The translations under genes were made by a program, and so were the position numbers. A stretch of 64,000 nt of DNA from the human T2T-CHM13v2.0 reference genome, Homo sapiens. The stretch lies in the NCBI RefSeq assembly GCF_009914755.1, contig NC_060946.1. The stretch is one strand, 5' to 3'. This document shows, piece by piece, positions 16,824 to 38,461 of this stretch (its first letter is position 1; each line of letters begins with the position of its first letter). The notes below the pieces were generated by a model. The model saw only the letters and a list, made by a program, of their open reading frames with translations, was not told the DNA's origin and did no database searches.

Positions 16824-17914
16824 TCAGGAGGCTGAGGCAGAATTGCTTGAACCCAGGAGGCAAGGTTGCAGTGAGCCTCCAAGCAAAACTCTGTCTCAAA
16901 AAAAAAGTAAGTAAGTAGGCAAAATGGGCAGAAAGCATAAGAGATAAAGTGGGAGTGGAACTGGCAGACAGAAACAGGGCCATCCTTTAATGACTCCGTC
17001 ACCCACAAGATCAAGTCCAAAGTCCTTACCAAATAATGCCCTTCAGGATTTGGCCCTGCCTACCCCCAGCTGTCTCAACTCCCACCTTCTTACTAAGGCA
17101 CCCTACACTCCAGCCTTCCCAAGTAATTTGTGGTTTTCCTGACCTGATGCACTGTGTTCACGGTCTGTGCCTTTACATGCACACTTCGCTTTGCCTAGAA
17201 GGCATTTCTCAAGGCAAACTCCTACTCACACATCAACACCTAGCTCAGAAGTCTGGGAAGCCAAAGAAAGACAGCCCCAAGTCACTCAGCTCTTCTCTTC
17301 CTCTCAGCACTTCACAAACTCCTGGGTAACACTGGTATCTTCTCTGTATTATTCCCCAATTCCATCCCATTATTTGGATGAAGAGTTCAATAAACATTTT
17401 CTGAGTAAATAACTCTACATGAAAGGTTTTAAAGGCTAAAAAGTGATACAAGCAAAAGCAGACAACAGATATTTCTTGTTACTGAAATAATCTATTTTCT
17501 CAACTCTGATCTTTGGTGGAGCACTACTTAGGAACCAGAAAAACTGGGGTTGCTTCATCACTTCCTAGCTGTGTGTCATTGGGCAAGTTAACTAACCTCT
17601 GTGTGCCTCAAGTTTCTTCACTTGTGGGGTAAAAAACAAACAGAAGTTACCACTTTTGCTGTACAGTTATATGGCTTAGCATTAATGTATGTAAAATACA
17701 AAACAAGAGTGCTGAAAAAGTGGTAGTTCTACTAGTCTGCTATAATCACAATAACCTTAACAAGACAGGAGGACATTGTACCATCAGGAATGTGATCACA
17801 ATGAAATTTTAGTTGAAACCATCCCCCTCTTTTTTCTTTTATTCATTCAGCTTTCCCAAGTTGAACATCCCCGCTTTAAAAAAAAAAAAAAAAGAGGCCA
17901 GGCACAGTGGTTCA

Positions 17915-18217
<303 letters not shown>

Positions 18218-18802
18218 TCAGCTGCATTCTGTTTCCCTCCTATAGTACTCAATACCAATCCCTTAATGAGTACCATCTCCCTTGGCTCCTTTGATAACGT
18301 GCACTCCCAGTTCTTTGGTCTCTCTGGCCACATTTCCTCTGTCCTCTTCCATAACTTGACCTTTATTGACACAGTAAAGGCAGGCACTCCTTTGGCTTAG
18401 TTCTCAGATGTCTTATCCACTCTTAAGGCTTCAATTAATATCTCTATGAAGATGACCCCATGAGCTCTCTTGTCGCATTCAGAAACAGCATTTCAAACTC
18501 AATTAAACCAAAATAGACACTTGCTATCTTAGTCTAAGATGACCAAGCATACTAAGAGTGTTTCAATCTCTCCTCCTCTCCCTCCTCCCCGTCTACACTG
18601 TTCCCTTATACATCTGACCAGTCATCAGTTTCCTCTTCTTTGCCAGAGTTACCTGGTTGGTCCTCTGTTCTACTTCAGTGGTTCTTAATGTTTCCAGGAT
18701 AATGGACTCATTTGAAAATCTATCAAATGCTATGTATTTTTTAACCAAAAAGATAAATATAGAAAACATATAATTACAATTTCTTTTTTTTTTTTTTTTT
18801 GA

Positions 18803-18967
<165 letters not shown>

Positions 18968-19857
18968 TAGTAGAGATAGGGTTTCACCATGTTAGCCAGG
19001 ATGGTCTCGATCTCCTAACCTCGTGATCCGCCCACCTGGGCCTCCCAAAGTGCTGGGATTATAGGCGTGAGCCACCGCGCCTGGCCATGATTGCAATTTC
19101 ACCTAACCAATGACCCAGATAAGAATCTGTGCTCATCCACTCAAGATTTTAACTACCATTTACACAAATTTTCATCTCCAGCTCCTGCTCCCCTCTTACA
19201 AATTTTAAGATGGTTTCTGGATATAGCCTGAATGGCCTACAGGCATTACAAACTTAAGTTCAAACCAGAACTATTTCCCCCTGACAAATCTGCTCTAACA
19301 GTATTCCTTTACTTGGATAATGGCACCACCATCTCCCAGGCTCCCAACCTAGAGGCCTCAGAATGAACAACCGCCCATAGCCAATCAACCAGCAAGCCTT
19401 GTTCTATCTCAGAAATCCCTCCAAATCCAAATCCCACCTCTCTTGGTCTCTTACCCTTTAAGGTCTCATAATCCTTTGATTCCACTCAGACTTGCCATGA
19501 TTAAAAGTCTTTTTACCACTCTTCCCACAAGGGTCCCTGTTACTATTTCTGTCAATACAAAACTCCTCACCTCCATCTGCTACCTTCCGCTGCCACTTTA
19601 TTACTGCACCTCTAGGTGGTTAGGCTTTCCTAATTTATTCCTCCACTCCGGTTCTTCTTCCTTCATTCCCACTAGTGTTGATTTGTCTTCCCAAAAAATT
19701 TCAAAATTGACCATGTATGACTGCCTCTTTCAAAAAAAGGCCGGGCACGGTGACTAAAGCCTGTAATCACAGCACTTTGGGAGGCTGAAGTCAGGGGGAC
19801 CACCTGAGGTCAGGAGTTTGAGACCATCTTGGCCAACATGGCAAAACCCTGTCTCTA

Positions 19858-19998
<141 letters not shown>

Positions 19999-21623
19999 CT
20001 AGGCAACAAGAGTGAGACTCCACCTCAAAAAAAAAAATAAACAAATAAATAAATAAATAAGATGCTTCCTCCACTGAACAAATATACAGTCAAACTTAGT
20101 TTTGCCTTTGGAGTCCTCTACAGTTTGCCACCTAAGTACATTTCCAAGATTAGATTCCACAGCTCAAGCTGTCACTTGTTCCTATTATCTGCATATCAAA
20201 ATCACACCCACTCTTAAAGGCCCAACTCAAATCCCACTCTTCATCTTTACATCCTCTACATAATCATTAGGAAAGGACTCTAAACAAAATAGTCACAATT
20301 CCTAATGAACTGATAAGGAAACAGAAGGGGGTAAATCTAAAAAATGGCTAGAAATCCATAAATCCTTTTGGAAGCATTTTTTAAAAGATCACCATTCAAA
20401 TATTAGTGAATATTTCAACGAGCCCTCCATAAATCCAGCACTGTTAGCCAATATTTATTAAATGCTAATAATGTGCAATGGAGAAGGTTAACAGCAGGGT
20501 ATTTCATCAACCTGATAAAAGGCTATAATCTGGATCTTGGATTCAAATTCCAATTACATTTGTATTTCACTTAGGAAACGACAATCACAAAAAGGGGACT
20601 TAGCATTTCAAATGGAGAGTCAGAAGGTCAAACAAGCCTACAGCAGTGACAGAAGTAGTTCCCACATCTAAACATCTTCAGACTAGTAAAAACCTTATCA
20701 GACAGGAGAAATCTTATCAGATGGGGGTATCTTTTCAATTGACATGTCCTAAACGTAAAATACTTTTTTCAGTCCACATTTTAGATAAGCTAATCTTGTT
20801 AAAAGGGCCAAAGGATGTGATGGGAAATTCTGAGCCTCTCATAATGAGACATGTTCACTGGCACACTTCCCAGTGAGTGCAACAGCAATGCGATGTGTGG
20901 TGGAGAAATGATGCTACTGGCAATACTTTCTCTCCATTACTTTTTAGGGCCTTATTTCTTTCAGGCTCGACCTAATTTAAATTCTGTCTTGGCTCCTAAG
21001 CCTGTGAGTTCACATTAATTTTCACAGTTGTATTCAGCATTTTGCTCCTAAACAAAGTGAAAACATTAAAGATTCAATTAAAATCTCTTTAAAAAGAATT
21101 TTAACTAATCTTTCTATCTAGCTACAATACTTGGTAAAACATACCTTCTATGGCATTTCTAAAATTATGATTGAAATTTGAATACATTTCCGAAACAGAC
21201 TTATATTTACTTTATAACAGTAAGATACAGAAAATTCTGCAAGTATTAATTACACTAAGGAACGCAGAGTGTTTTCCTAAAAACAGCTGAAAAGAGCTAT
21301 AGTGTGTCTAGTAGAATCTCAGTCTACAATCTTAATAACTCTAGTTCTATGACCTCAAGAATTGGCTTCACCTCGAAATACTTTCTCACCTGAAAAAAGG
21401 AATAACACCATCTTTTCCTCCCTCAATGTGGCTGCTCAAATAAAATGAAATAATATATGTAGCACAGTACCTGCCACGAAGGGTTCAATAAATTATTAGT
21501 TTACTTTCTTCAGTCAACACAAAAGACACATTCACAAGATTCAGATTTAAGGAAATCTATTTCCACAAGTCCTCACCAGCACAAAATGCTATCGCTAGTT
21601 TGCTCTAATAAAAACTACCATCA

Positions 21624-21932
<309 letters not shown>

Positions 21933-22836
21933 TCACTTTTCTAAGGGACCTGAATCAAGATGAGGGAGTCTACGTGTGATTCTGCAAGAACTCCATTAAG
22001 GCTGCATACATAATGACCACTAAATCATTAACAGGAGTCCATAGCAATTGGGCTAAAACATCTGGGAGCATTTATGCTGGTAAAAGAGCTCACTTGGGGG
22101 CTAAAAAAAAAGTCAAATTAGGCCCAACTCTAAACGGATCTTTAACAAATCAAGAGAGTAATGTTAGTTTATCCTTCCTGAAACGCCAGCAGTACGATAT
22201 TAAAATCCACTTAGAAGTAAAAACTTCAAGACGGAAATATGCCACCAACACTGGCGTCAGTAATCCATTTTAGAAAGCCTGCGCGGAGACCACCATTAGC
22301 ACCGCTGAGGATATTTAATGAAAGCCGTTGGCTGCAAACAGAGGCGAAGAGAGAAAAACGATTATTTCGGTGTTCTGCACACACGCGGAGGCGAAACGCT
22401 TTCAGGACCTCAGCAGCCACCGCCGCCAACACCGACAAGCATCTGATGGAATTCACAGTTTTACAATCGAAAGTCCAAAAGAAGGCCATGATACTAGCAA
22501 ATTGAGGGGTGGGGACCCTTCCGTTGCCTTCCCGAGGGTCCAGACTTTAAAGGCCGCGCTGCGCCCGGGGCCAAGGGTCCACTAGTACCGGCCTACGCCC
22601 CCCGCGCCACTCCCTGAGCCCCTTCCCGAGCGACCGAAGGCCCGGGAACCGCGAGCAACAACACCTAAACCTCAACCGGCCCGGGGCCGCGCCCGAGCCC
22701 TGGCGCGCGGACCGCGGTGAAGTCCGGGTTCGAGGTCGCCGCGGCGCCTGAGGCCAAGGCGCGGGCGAGGCCGAGGCTGCGTCCGCTGCGGCCCCGGGCG
22801 GTGGGGGGGCCGGGCGTGGCCGGTCGCGGACACTCA

Positions 22837-23196
<360 letters not shown>

Positions 23197-23875
23197 GCGC
23201 GCCGAGGAGGGTGCCGGGGCGGGGACAAGAAGTGTGCATGCGGATTGGTTCCTCGCGGCTGGGGGCGGGGCCGCGCGGGCCGGCGGAAGCGGCGGGCTTC
23301 GGGAGGGGCACTGCGACGGCGTTGACTGTGGGGGCGCCACTAGGCGCGGTCACGTGCATTCGCGGTGCATTCGCGGGGGCGTCGGTGCGGGTCGCGTCTC
23401 TTAAGACACCCAGGGAGACAGACGTGGGGCAGAACTCATGGGCTGAAGTGAGAGATGGCTGGGGCCCAGGCGAGCGACCGAGCAGGGTCCGAACAGAGCC
23501 AGCGAGGGACCCCGGGCTGTGCTTGAGGCCCGACGACGCGCCATATCCCGGCAGCGCCGCAGCTCAGGCCTCTGCGAATCTGTGGTCCACACGCTGATAA
23601 ACTTAGAGGCCTCTGCACTGGGGCAGAAACCGAAAGGCATGACCCAGACCGAGAAAGATATTTGCATACTGAGAAAGTGTGAAACACAATTGTCGAGACT
23701 AAAAGGAGACACTGAGAGGATACGCCAATCAGGTTAGTTCAGATGTTTGTTGAGCACACTCCATGTTCCTGGGGATCCACCCTTATAGAAGTTACCTTTT
23801 AGAGAGAGGAGACAGACAAATACGTGTAATGCTCAAGTTGTGATAAGTACGATGAAGAAGTACAAAGCAGAAGGG

Positions 23876-24178
23876 AGGGCGCGGTGTCTCACGCCTATCA
23901 TCCCAGCACTTTGGGAGGCCGAGGCGGGCGGATCACTTGAGGTCAGGAGTTTGAGACCAGGTCTCTACTAAAAATACAAAAATTAAGTCCGGGCGAGGTG
24001 GCTCACGCCTGTAATCCTAGCACTTTGGGAGGCCGAGGCGGGCGGATCACGAGGTCAGGAGTTCAAGACCAGCCTGGCCAACATGGCGAAACCCTGTCTC
24101 TACTAAAAATACAAAAATTAGCCGGGCGCAGTGGTGGGCGCCTGTCATCCCAGCTACTTGGGAGGCTGAGGCAGGAGG
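23876..24178 (+). mobile_element. Composite Alu (left arm, left arm, partial right arm) with no poly(A), inserted in an L2 remnant
   Basis: Alu sequence ends at GAGGCAGGAGG. Flanked by the direct repeat ACAAAGCAGA (23862-23871 and 24179-24188). Confidence 0.8.
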
Positions 24179-24910
24179 ACAAAGCAGAGAGTAAGGGATT
24201 AGGGGGTGGTGGGTCGAAACACATGAGAGATACATTGCGTTCAGAGACAGACCGAGATTGGTACAGATAGGCAGAAATGCTGACAGAGCAGGTAATGAAA
24301 TAGAAATGCAAAGATAGAGTCACTAAAACCAAAACATCGAGGTTTAGAGAAAAAGAGACACACCAGGTTAAGAAACAGTCACAAACAACAGAGGTTGAAA
24401 AAATAAAAATTAGAGTCCTGAAGCAGGTGGATACCAAGGAAAGCTAAGACAACGAGACGGACAATGACCCAGGCACTGCTTCTGAACCTTTTCCCCTGCC
24501 ATGTTTGGAGGGAGAAGGAAGAGCGGCTGACCCTATATCCTCTTTGTTCAACTCTTCCAAGTTTAAAACCATCAACTCTTGACTTCTAGACATCAACAAA
24601 GATTAATTAGTCAATCTCAAAGGAGAATAAACAAAGTTTTTTGTTTGTTTGTTTGTTTAACTCTCTGGTGGAAGCTGGTGTGGTGGCTCACGCCTGTAAT
24701 CCCAACTTGGGCCCAAGAATTCAAGACTAGCCTGGGCAACACAGCAATACCCTGTCTCTAAAACAGAGAAACAAACAAACAAAAAATCCTGTGGGGGAAA
24801 AAGGATGTGACACATGAGAAAAGGAATAAACTGCTCCAGCCAAAATTTACTCCTTCAAAATATATTTAGCCCATGAAGCAGGACCCAATTTTAGAAAATA
24901 CCTAATTCTT

Positions 24911-25017
24911 GAGTTAATGGGTGCAGCACACCAGCATGGCACATGTATACATATGTAACTAACCAGCACATTGTGCACATGTACCCTAAAACTTAAAGTA
25001 TAATAATAATAATAAAA
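24911..25017 (+). mobile_element. 5'-truncated young L1 (L1PA2/L1PA3-like 3' end)
   Basis: GAGTTAATGGGTGCAGCACACCAGCATGGCACATGTATAC...ACTTAAAGTATAATAA tail. Perfect 18-bp TSD AGAAAATACCTAATTCTT at 24893-24910 and 25018-25035. Confidence 0.92.
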
Positions 25018-25067
25018 AGAAAATACCTAATTCTTATTCTCAAAAGAGGACATTGCATATTTTTTTA

Positions 25068-25478
<411 letters not shown>

Positions 25479-25481
25479 TCA

Positions 25482-25853
<372 letters not shown>

Positions 25854-26104
25854 CTAGGGATTCTAACTCTAGGCATCCCCACAGGAAGACAGAGCAAATC
25901 GGTTAGAGCGAATAATCAAAATTACAATAGGAGAAAAGTTTCCTTAGGTTGCAAAAAGGTCTGAGGTGGAGGTGGGAAATAGAGTGGGTTCACTGAGATT
26001 GAGAAAAATTAAGAAGAAACCAACAACACATAATCTGGGAAAATCATTAAGTTTCAGGGATAAAGAACAGACACTAATAGACCCAATTAGGGAAAAAAAT
26101 GTTA

Positions 26105-26974
<870 letters not shown>

Positions 26975-27201
26975 GATTTCATTCACTCCAGTGCCTTAAT
27001 TCCTCCTAGATCTTTTTTTTTTTTTTTTTTTTTGGAAAATTATATATAAAAGGAGACGGGGGCCAGGCGCGGTGGCCCACGCCCATAATTCAGCACTTTG
27101 GGAGGCCGAGGTGGGCGGATCACCTGAGGTCAGGAGTTTGAGATAAGCCTGGCCAACATGACAAAACCCTGTCTCTACTAAAAATACAGAAAAATTAGTT
27201 A

Positions 27202-27666
<465 letters not shown>

Positions 27667-28843
27667 TAGTAGAGGCGGGGTTTCACCATATTGGCCAGGC
27701 TGGTCTCAAACTCCTGACCTCGTGATCTGCCCACCTCGGCCTCCCAAAGTGCTAAGAATACAGGTGTGAGCCACCGTGCCCCTCATTTCCTGGATCTTTA
27801 TTGCTCAGAAGATCTCTCCTGAATTCCAGGTCAGCATGTCCACCTGCACACAGGACAGCTCCATGTGACATCCCACAGGTGTTTCAGTGCCACAAATTTA
27901 AACCACCATTGGTTAACTGCATGAGTTCTGTGCTGAGACTGAATCTTGGCTGCTCTGCTTACCAGCTGTGTGACCTTGTCCTCATTTTCCTCAGACTTAA
28001 AATGGGATCACAATAATGCCTACCTCACATAAGTCTGTTGGACAGAGTACATAAGACAACATATGTGAAGAGCCTGACACATATTATGTTATGTACCCAC
28101 TAAATGTTATCTGTTACCTACCTCACCTAAACCTGTTGTTTATCTTGTATCTGTGGATAGCATCACCTTCACCCAGACACTTAAGTTGGAGAGTTCACTA
28201 TAATCTTTAACAACACATTTTACCTCAAGCCTTACCCTGTACCCCATCCAATCAATTATGAACTATAAATTCTGTTTCTTTAATAGTTCAGAAATCTTTA
28301 CTACCTAAAGTCTGATCTCCAGGCCAGGTGTGGTAGCTCATGTGTGTAATCCCAGCACTTTGGGAGGCTGAGGCAGGAGGATTGTTTGAGCTCAGGAGTT
28401 TGAGACTGGGCAACATAGGGAGACCCCATCTCTACATAAAATTTTACAACTAGCCAGGTGTGGCCGGGTGTGGTGGCTCACATCTATAATCCCAGCACTT
28501 TGGGAGGCCGAGGTGGCGTGGATCGCTTGAGGTCAGGAGTTCAAGACCAGCCTGGCCAACATGTTGAAACCCTGCCTGTACTAAAAATACAAAAATTAGC
28601 TGGGTATGGTGGTGGCATGCACCTGTAATTCCAGCTACTCAGGAGGCTGAGGCAGGAGAATCACTTGAACCCGAGAGGCGGAGGTTGCGGTGAGCCAAGA
28701 TCATGCCATTGCACCCCAGCCTGGGTGACAAGAGCAAAACTCCATCTCAAAAAAAAAAAATACAAATACACCTGTAATCCCAGCACTTCGGGAGACCGAG
28801 ACGGGCGGATCACGAGGTTAGGAGATCAAGACCATCCCGGCTA

Positions 28844-29203
<360 letters not shown>

Positions 29204-29399
29204 TCAAAAAAACAAACAAACAAAAAACTAGCCAGCGTAGTGGCACCCATGGCCCCAGCTACTCAGGAGGCTGAGATGGGAGGATCAGCTTAGCTGGGAG
29301 GTCGAGGTTGCAATGAACCGTGATTGCACCACTGCATTCCAGCCTTGGAGACAGAGCAAGACATCGACAAACATCAAAAAAAAGTATGTCTCGAAAAAC

Positions 29400-29545
29400 A
29401 ATAAAAGTGGTATCCAGACCAGCAGCATCAGCATTATTCACAAGTTTGTTAGAAATGCAGCATCTCAGACCCAACCTGAATAAAATCAGGATTTTAATAA
29501 GATACCCAGGTGATTGATATGCATGTTAAACTTTGAGAAGCACTG
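29400..29545 (+). mobile_element. MER5-like hAT-Charlie element
   Basis: GACCAGCAGCATCAGCAT..TTGTTAGAAATGCAG.ATCTCAG...TTTGAGAAGCACTG. Confidence 0.75.
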
Positions 29546-29718
29546 TTTTTATTTATTTTACTTTTTTTTTGAGATGAAGTTCTGCTCTGTCACCCAAGCT
29601 GGAGTGCAGTGGCACAATCTCAACTCACTACAACCTTTGCTTCCCTGGTTCAAGCAATTCTCCTGCCTCAGCCTCCTGAGTAGCTAGGATTACAGGTGCC
29701 CACCACCACACCCAGCTA

Positions 29719-29865
<147 letters not shown>

Positions 29866-29957
29866 TTAAATGTCACCACTTCATCCCCGGTGCCACTCTG
29901 CTGGTTCATGTGTTGTGTCAACTCTCTAACCAAGGCTACCACAATATCCTTAATTAA

Positions 29958-30209
<252 letters not shown>

Positions 30210-30653
30210 TAGCCAGGATGGTCTTGATCTCCTGACCTCATGAGCCGCCCGCCTCGGCCTCCCAAAGTGCTGGGATTACAGGCAGGAGCCACCACGCCCA
30301 GCCATTTCTTTCTCCTAAACCCAGATCAATCTTTCCACAACAAATCTGACTGTCCCTCCTCCTCTTCTTCTTCTTCTTTTTTTTTTTTTTAATTTTTTAG
30401 GAGACAGGGTTTTGCTCTGTTGTCCAGGCTGGAGTGCAGTGGTATAATCATAGCTCACTGCAGCCTTGAACTCCTGGGCTGAAGCCATCCTGCTGCCATA
30501 GCCTCCCAAGTAGCCAGGACTACAGGCACGTACCACCATGCCTGGCTAATTTTTAAAAGTTTTTGTAGAGACAAGATCTCACCGTGTTACCCAGGCTGGT
30601 TTCAAACTCCTAGCCTCAAATGATCCTCCCATTTTGGCCTCCCAAAGTTCTAG

Positions 30654-30974
<321 letters not shown>

Positions 30975-31714
30975 TGAGCCACTGCACCCAGCCTGTCCCT
31001 CTCCTTCTTAAGTGGCTCCCCATCACACTCAGAGTGAGAGCTTTGCTGGCTACCTCTCCACCCTAATCTCCTCTTCTCTCCCTGACCCTTGCTTTCCACG
31101 CACCAGCCATGCTAATCTACCCTCAGTACTCTCGTGTCTTTTGGTTTTAGCATGTATCAGTCTCCCTCCCTGTAACATGTTGTCTCTGCGCTATTCCAGC
31201 ATTGGTGGACATTTAAAACTACCACACTGTTATGGGATGATGCGTCTGACTGTTAATTTTCTCCAGAGAGCGCCTCTTGCCTAGTTCCATGGGCACTAAG
31301 CAACCTTATGATTAGAGTTTGGGTTCACTTGTGATTTTCTGATGGGGAAAGTTCCCTGACCAGAGGACAACCCCATTTGGGTCCTATGGCAATGACTGTT
31401 CATTCTAAGATGGGGTTTAGTCTCATCGGTCTCTACTGAGTCAGGTTAGCATGAGCCAGGCCCAGAGGGAACAATCATCTAGCTCCGACAACAACAAGTT
31501 TCTGGAAACACAGTGGAGAACTAGCCTCTGGAACATGGTAAGACAATAACTAAGCTACCATCTAAGCATAAGGCCGACTACCTGAATGTCTTTCTTACTG
31601 ACTCAATACGGTGGCAATAATTCACAGATCTGCAGAATCTTAGAAAACAATGGACATCTACCCAGCATTGACTCCTCCTTCTGGTAGCAGCAACCTAGAT
31701 TTTTTTTTTTTTGA

Positions 31715-32390
<676 letters not shown>

Positions 32391-33566
32391 TACCCAATTA
32401 ACTCATTTTTCTGCAGAAATTGCTCAGAACTGTGCAATAAATTGTGAGACATGAATCAGAAACTCATGAATGATGAAATGAGAGAAAAGAACTGGCAATG
32501 AGCCTTGAAACTAGCTAAAGATAGAGAGATAACGGAATAAAAACACCACTCAGTAGAGACTGATACTGATAAGTTGAAATAATTGTTGCTATGGTAACAA
32601 ACAAAATGCAAAATAAAAAGTTGAGAACGAAGATCTTTAAAAATAGGGTTTTAAACCTGAGATTATGCAGTGGAAACCAGGGGAGAAGAAAGAGGATAGA
32701 AAAGCCAGAGACTATGTCTTTGTTTTATGTAACATGAGGATAAAAGTTATTTAAAAAAATATATAAGTTCATATAATTTTTCAGTGTAAAAAGCCTTATG
32801 TATACCTTATAATTCATTACATGAGACGAAAGGAACAACGTAATTCATACAGCAAAAATCAAGAGTCTTAGGAAGTATACTAGATACTTTCCTCACATTT
32901 GTAAATTAAAAAAAGAAATGGCAAGAAATTATAAACAAGAATATCAAAACACCAGAAAATTAGAAAATTAGATGAGCAAAGGTTAGATTACGTATAACAA
33001 GCCAAATGTAAACAAGTAAAAATGTAAACTTCTAAAATTACTATTTAAAATATTAAAACTTCAGATCACATCAAAAAGCAAACTGAATATATACTGTTGT
33101 TTAAAAAGATATGCCTATTTATGTGTGTGTATATATATAGTATGTATATGCATATATATACATATTAGTAGTATGTATACTAATAATATATATAATATAA
33201 AAAGGCTTTGTTACTGGACATGGTGGCTCACACCTGTAATCCCACTGCTTTGAGAGGCTGAGGTGGGAGGATTACTTGAGGCCAGGAGTTCAAGACCAGC
33301 CAGGTCAACATAGCAAGACTCTGTCTCTACAAAAATAAAAATTAAAAAATTAACTGAGTGTGGTGGTACACACTTGTAGTTCCAGCTATCCAGGAGGCTG
33401 AGGCAGGAGAATCCCTTAAGCTCAGGAGTTAGAGGCTGCGGTAAGCTATGATCACATCACTGCACTCCAGCCTGGCCAACAGAGCAAAATCCTGTCTCAA
33501 AAAAAAAAAAAGGCATTGTGAAACTAAAGGCACCAAATAACATAACAACACAAAACAAGAAGCAGA

Positions 33567-33749
33567 GCCGGGTGTGGTGGCACATACCTATCGTCCCAGC
33601 TACTCAGGAGACAGAGGCTGGAGGATCACTTAAGACTATTAAGACTGGAAGTTTGAAGCTGTAGTGCCATATGATCATGCTTGTGAATATGCACTGCATT
33701 CCAGCCTGGGCAACATAACAAGATCTTGTCTCTTTAAAAAAAAAAAAAA
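33567..33749 (+). mobile_element. FAM (fossil Alu monomer); its tail is the target of the AluYb8
   Basis: 7SL-like monomer with the GCTGTAGTG..ATGATC..TGTGAATA.GCACTGCA segment typical of FAM. Confidence 0.75.
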
Positions 33750-33752
33750 GTC

Positions 33753-34058
<306 letters not shown>

Positions 34059-34398
34059 GTCTATAGGAACACAGCTAATAGAAACACAGTTATAGGCTGG
34101 GCTCAGAGGCTCACACCTGTAATCCCAGTGTTTTGGGAGGCCAAAGCAGGAGGATTTCTTGAGGCCAGGAGTTACAGATCATCCTGGGCAATGTAGCGAA
34201 GCCCCTCTCTAAAAAAAAAAAGTTTTAAAAATTAGTCACGTGTGGTGGCATGCATCTGCAGTCCTATCTACTTGGGAGACTGACATGGAAGGATGGCTTG
34301 AGCTCAGGAGTTTGAGGCTGCAGTGAACTATAATTATAGTAAAATATGATATACCATTATCAGACTGTGACATATAAACAAAAATAAAGATGAGCTAA

Positions 34399-38195
<3,797 letters not shown>

Positions 38196-38299
38196 CGAGA
38201 ACTGTTCTTAATTTAAAAAAATGAATTAACTTACAGTAAAACTGACTTTTAAAATGTACACAGTAGTAGTTCTATTAGTCTTTTGGTTTTTGGTTTGTG

Positions 38300-38461
38300 T
38301 TTTTTTTGAGGCAGAGTCTCACTCTGTTGCCCAAGCTGGAGTGCAGTGGCATGATCATGGCTCACTTCAGCCTTGACCTCCTAAGCTCAAGGGATTCTCT
38401 CACCTCAGCCTCCCTAGTAGCTAGGACTATAGGCATGTAACACCATGTCCAGCTAATTTTT
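38300..38461 (-). mobile_element. AluJ-type host element, right arm, split by the composite SVA insertion
   Basis: Antisense Alu from the T-tract to CAGCTAATTTTT. It resumes at 41505. Confidence 0.88.
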
